Shown here: positions 60,471 through 64,000 of the stretch, in pieces
Layout: every line of letters starts with the position of its first letter
Numbering within the stretch: the first letter of the stretch is position 1
Source: Lophium mytilinum
Lineage: Eukaryota
Direction: 5' to 3'
Assembly (NCBI GenBank): GCA_010093605.1
Contig: MU004187.1
Span: 1,186,018 to 1,250,017, forward strand
Length of the DNA: 64,000 nucleotides
Program-made: the position numbers and the translations under genes
Notes under the pieces: model-generated
Database searches by the model: none
Seen by the model: the letters and a program-made list of their open reading frames with translations, nothing else
What the model was told of the DNA's origin: nothing

Positions 60471-63400
60471 ATGGAGTCCGAGGAAGCCCAGGTTGTTCGA
60501 AAGCTCACCAACGTCGTGGACAATGTGCCCAAGCGCATCACCCAGCTCGAGTTTGGCATCCTGTAAGTTCTACACCACCGCGCTTGGCTTCCTGTCTGAC
60601 CTGTCGCAGCTCGAATGCAGACATCTCGAACCAGTCCGTCCTCGACGTCTCTGACCGGAACATCTACGACCTCACCACCCAGGGCCAGACCCGCGCTCTT
60701 ACCCAGCATGGCCCCATGGACCGCCGCCTGGGAACCTCCCAGAAGAACGTCGCTTGCGAGACGTGCCATGAACCCCTCCAGACTTGCAACGGTCACTTTG
60801 GCCAGATCCGCCTCGCCCTGCCAGCTTTTCACATTGGATATCTGAAGAACATTATGGATGCATTGCACAACGTCTGCAAGGTATACCATACCCGCTTGCC
60901 CATGTCTGCGGTCCGCCATCTGACTGTCTAGGATTGCTCCAAAATTCTGCTCGAAGAGAGCCAGCGCCGATCCTTCCTTCGCAGCATGCGCCGCCCCGCT
61001 TTGGACAATCTACAACGCACCCAGATCTCCAGGAAAGTATCCGACGAGTGCAGGAAGCGCAAGGTCTGCATCCACTGTAACGCTGTGAACGGCCCTATTC
61101 GAAAAGTCGCCGGCCACCCCCTAAAGCTCGTCCATCTCAAGTATGACGCTTTCAACCGGTCCACTGCCAAGTCCAAGATCACTCCAGAGTCCAAGACTGA
61201 GTTCGATGCCTCCTTTCAAACTGCAAAAGAAGGTAACCTTGACCTCGAAAAGAACCTCAGGAAAGCTGTTGATGATATGCATCCGTTAAGGGTGCTAAAC
61301 ATCTTCCGACGAATCTCCAATTCCGACTGCGAGCTTCTAGGCCTGAAACCTGGACAGGGCCGACCCGAGCTGTTCATCTGGCAGTATGTTCCGGTGCCTC
61401 CCGTCAGTATTCGACCTTCGGTCGCTCAGGAGTCTGGAAATACCGAGGATGACCTCACCAACAAGCTTGGCGATATCATCCATATGAGCTCCCTCATCCG
61501 AGCCGGCCTGGAGAAAGGCCAGCCAATCCAGAACCTGATGGAGCAATGGGATTTCCTACAGCTGCAGATTGCTATGTACATCAACAGTGAAGTTCCTGGT
61601 CTTCAACAGCCTGGTTTTGGCAAGGCCATGCGCGGTTTCTGCCAGCGCCTGAAAGGCAAGCAGGGGAGGTTCCGACAGAACCTTTCTGGCAAGCGGGTCG
61701 ATTTCTCTGGGCGCACTGTTATTGGACCCGACCCCAACCTGGGCATAGACGAGGTGGCAGTACCGATGCGTGTAGCCACCAACCTAACGTTTCCCGAGAA
61801 GGTGTCCCGTTACAATATCGAAAAGCTTCGAGCGTGTATTAGGAGAGGCCCCCACAAGCATCCTGGAGCGAACTTTATCATCAAACCAGCAGAAAACAAG
61901 AAGATCTCTCTCCTGTTCCTCGCTAAAACTGACGCAACCGTCAAGCTGGAGCGCACAGCGAGGCAGCTTCAAATTGGAGACATAGTAGAGAGGCATCTCG
62001 AGGATGGAGATATTGTGCTCTTCAATCGACAGCCTTCGTTGCATAAGCTCAGTATTCTCAGCCACAGAGCCAAGATCCGACCTTGGAGGACGTTCCGGCT
62101 CAATGAGTGCGTCTGCAACCCGTACAATGCCGATTTTGACGGTGACGAGATGAACCTCCATGTGCCACAAACCGAGGAGGCCCGCGCAGAAGCCATCGAG
62201 CTTATGGGAGTGAAGCACAATTTAGCTACGCCGAAGAACGGGACCCCAATCATTGCAGCCATCCAGGACTTCATAACCGCGGCCTACCTTCTTAGTAGTA
62301 AAGAGAACTTCTACGACCGGAAGTCTTTTACGCAGATCTGCTCGTTCATGTTCAACGCCGACAGCGTTGTCGATCCGGACACCGGCGAGCAAATGGCTAT
62401 CGAGATTCCAGAGCCTGCGATATTCAAACCCCAGAGGCTGTGGACCGGAAAGCAGGTCTTCAACGTACTAATGAGGCCAAACAAGAAGTGCAGAGTGTTG
62501 GTCAACCTCGATGCTCCTTGCAAACAGTACAAGCCGGATCCCAAATGTCCAGCACCCGATCTCAACAGCGACGATGCCTGGCTAGTCATTCGCAACTCAG
62601 AAGTTATGTGCGGTGTCATGGATAAGGCGACAGTTGGTGATGGCAAGAAAGATTCCGTGTTCTACGTTATAATGCGGGATTTTGGTCCAGACCACGCCGT
62701 GCAGGCCATGAATCGGCTCTCAAAGCTTTCTGCTCGATGGCTTAGCAACCAAGGCTTCTCCATCGGTATCAACGACGTCACGCCAGGCGCCAATTTAGTT
62801 CTGAAAAAGCAGGCCCTGGTGTCAGATGCATACGATAAGTGCGACCGGTTGATCGCCGAGTTCAAAACCGGACGGCTTGAACGAGACGCTGGCTGCACGC
62901 AAGAGCAAACCATGGAGAACAAAATGGGTGGTATTCTCAGTAAAGTTCGACAAGATGCTGGTGAAATTTGCTTCAGTGAGTTGAGTAAATGGAACGCTCC
63001 CCTCATTATGGCAAAATGTGGGTCTAAGGGCTCAAACATCAACGTATCCCAAATGGTTGCATCCGTGGGACAGCAGATGATCGGAGGCAAACGTGTCGCG
63101 GACGGTTTCCAGGATAGAACTCTGCCTCATTTTCCAAAAGCAGCTCGTCAACCCGCCTCGAAGGGCTTCGTTAGTAACAGCTTCTTCTCCGGCCTAACCC
63201 CAACGGAGTTCATCTTTCATGCCATGAGTGGTCGTGAAGGTCTCGTTGACACTGCTGTTAAGACTGCCGAGACTGGTTATATGAGTCGCAGGCTGATGAA
63301 GTCGCTGGAGGATCTCTCTTCGCAATACGACAATACGGTCCGCAACTCTTCGGCTGGCATCGTCCAGTTTCAGTATGGCGATGATAACCTTGATCCGGTG

Positions 63401-64000
63401 GACATGGAAGGGAAAGCGAAACCAGTGAATTTTGAGCGAACGTTCTCCCATGCCATTGTATGTACCACAACTCTTCCTAATCACTAAGAATGACTGTCGC
63501 TAACGCTTCTCACAGACATCTACTTGGGATAATACTCAGATTACACTCAGACCGGACGAGGTAAAGGAATACACAATCGCCACGCTAAATGCAGAACGAA
63601 GCAAGTACACCCGCATGTCCTTGGATGGCACGAAAGAACTAGATTACCATGACGAGAGCCACCATGGCGTTGACCATCTGGAGAGCATTCGAGACTTCCT
63701 AGACGCCGTGCAGGACTTCATATATGAAAAAGCCGAGAAGCTTGCCAAAGCTATGGTGTATGTGGGCATGTCCGAAGCTTCAAGCCAAGGCGAAATTTCT
63801 GGAGAAAATCCGAGCGTAGCAAACCTCGTAGATGGAATGGCCAAGATCTCAGCTACCGCGCTCAGCACGTTCATTCGTCTTTGCATCACCAAATACGACC
63901 GCTCAAAAGTTCAACCCGGCCATGCTGTTGGGGCCGTTGGTGCCCAGTCCATTGGTGAGCCTGGTACTCAAATGACGCTCAAGACTTTCCATTTTGCTGG
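60471..64000 (+). CDS. RPC1: RNA polymerase III largest subunit (5' part; runs off the window end)
   Basis: Zinc motif [28 protein letters not shown], catalytic [20 protein letters not shown] and [13 protein letters not shown]. The N-terminus [16 protein letters not shown] and [12 protein letters not shown] are typical of Pol III. Confidence 0.95.

Overview
Eukaryotic DNA from a filamentous ascomycete, probably a Dothideomycete (inferred from intron style and protein sequences). It has about 20 mostly intron-containing genes: an AA9 LPMO head-to-head with a CBM1-bearing cellobiose dehydrogenase, a sugar porter, a cyclase, SPT6, the STE7-type MAPKK, a Taka-type alpha-amylase, a RAD9/Crb2 checkpoint mediator, a degenerate ANL enzyme, POM34, an AIG1-like GTPase, an MDR oxidoreductase, a GNAT, a cytosolic GH16, an HExxH orphan, an FHA protein and the 5' part of RPC1. 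Two stretches are not explained by ordinary genes. The first is an accessory island at about 11-16 kb: a tRNA-derived relic, an orphan ORF with an internally duplicated domain, twin TA-flanked MITEs, a pseudogene, a minisatellite and a 52-aa Cys/His microprotein missed by the ORF track. The second, at about 52.4-54.4 kb, lacks a credible ORF and has nested long-range base pairing, a possible pseudoknot and a 3' GTATGT. This resembles a Pezizomycotina telomerase RNA, possibly with a non-TTAGGG template. All calls were made by eye; no searches or folding were run.
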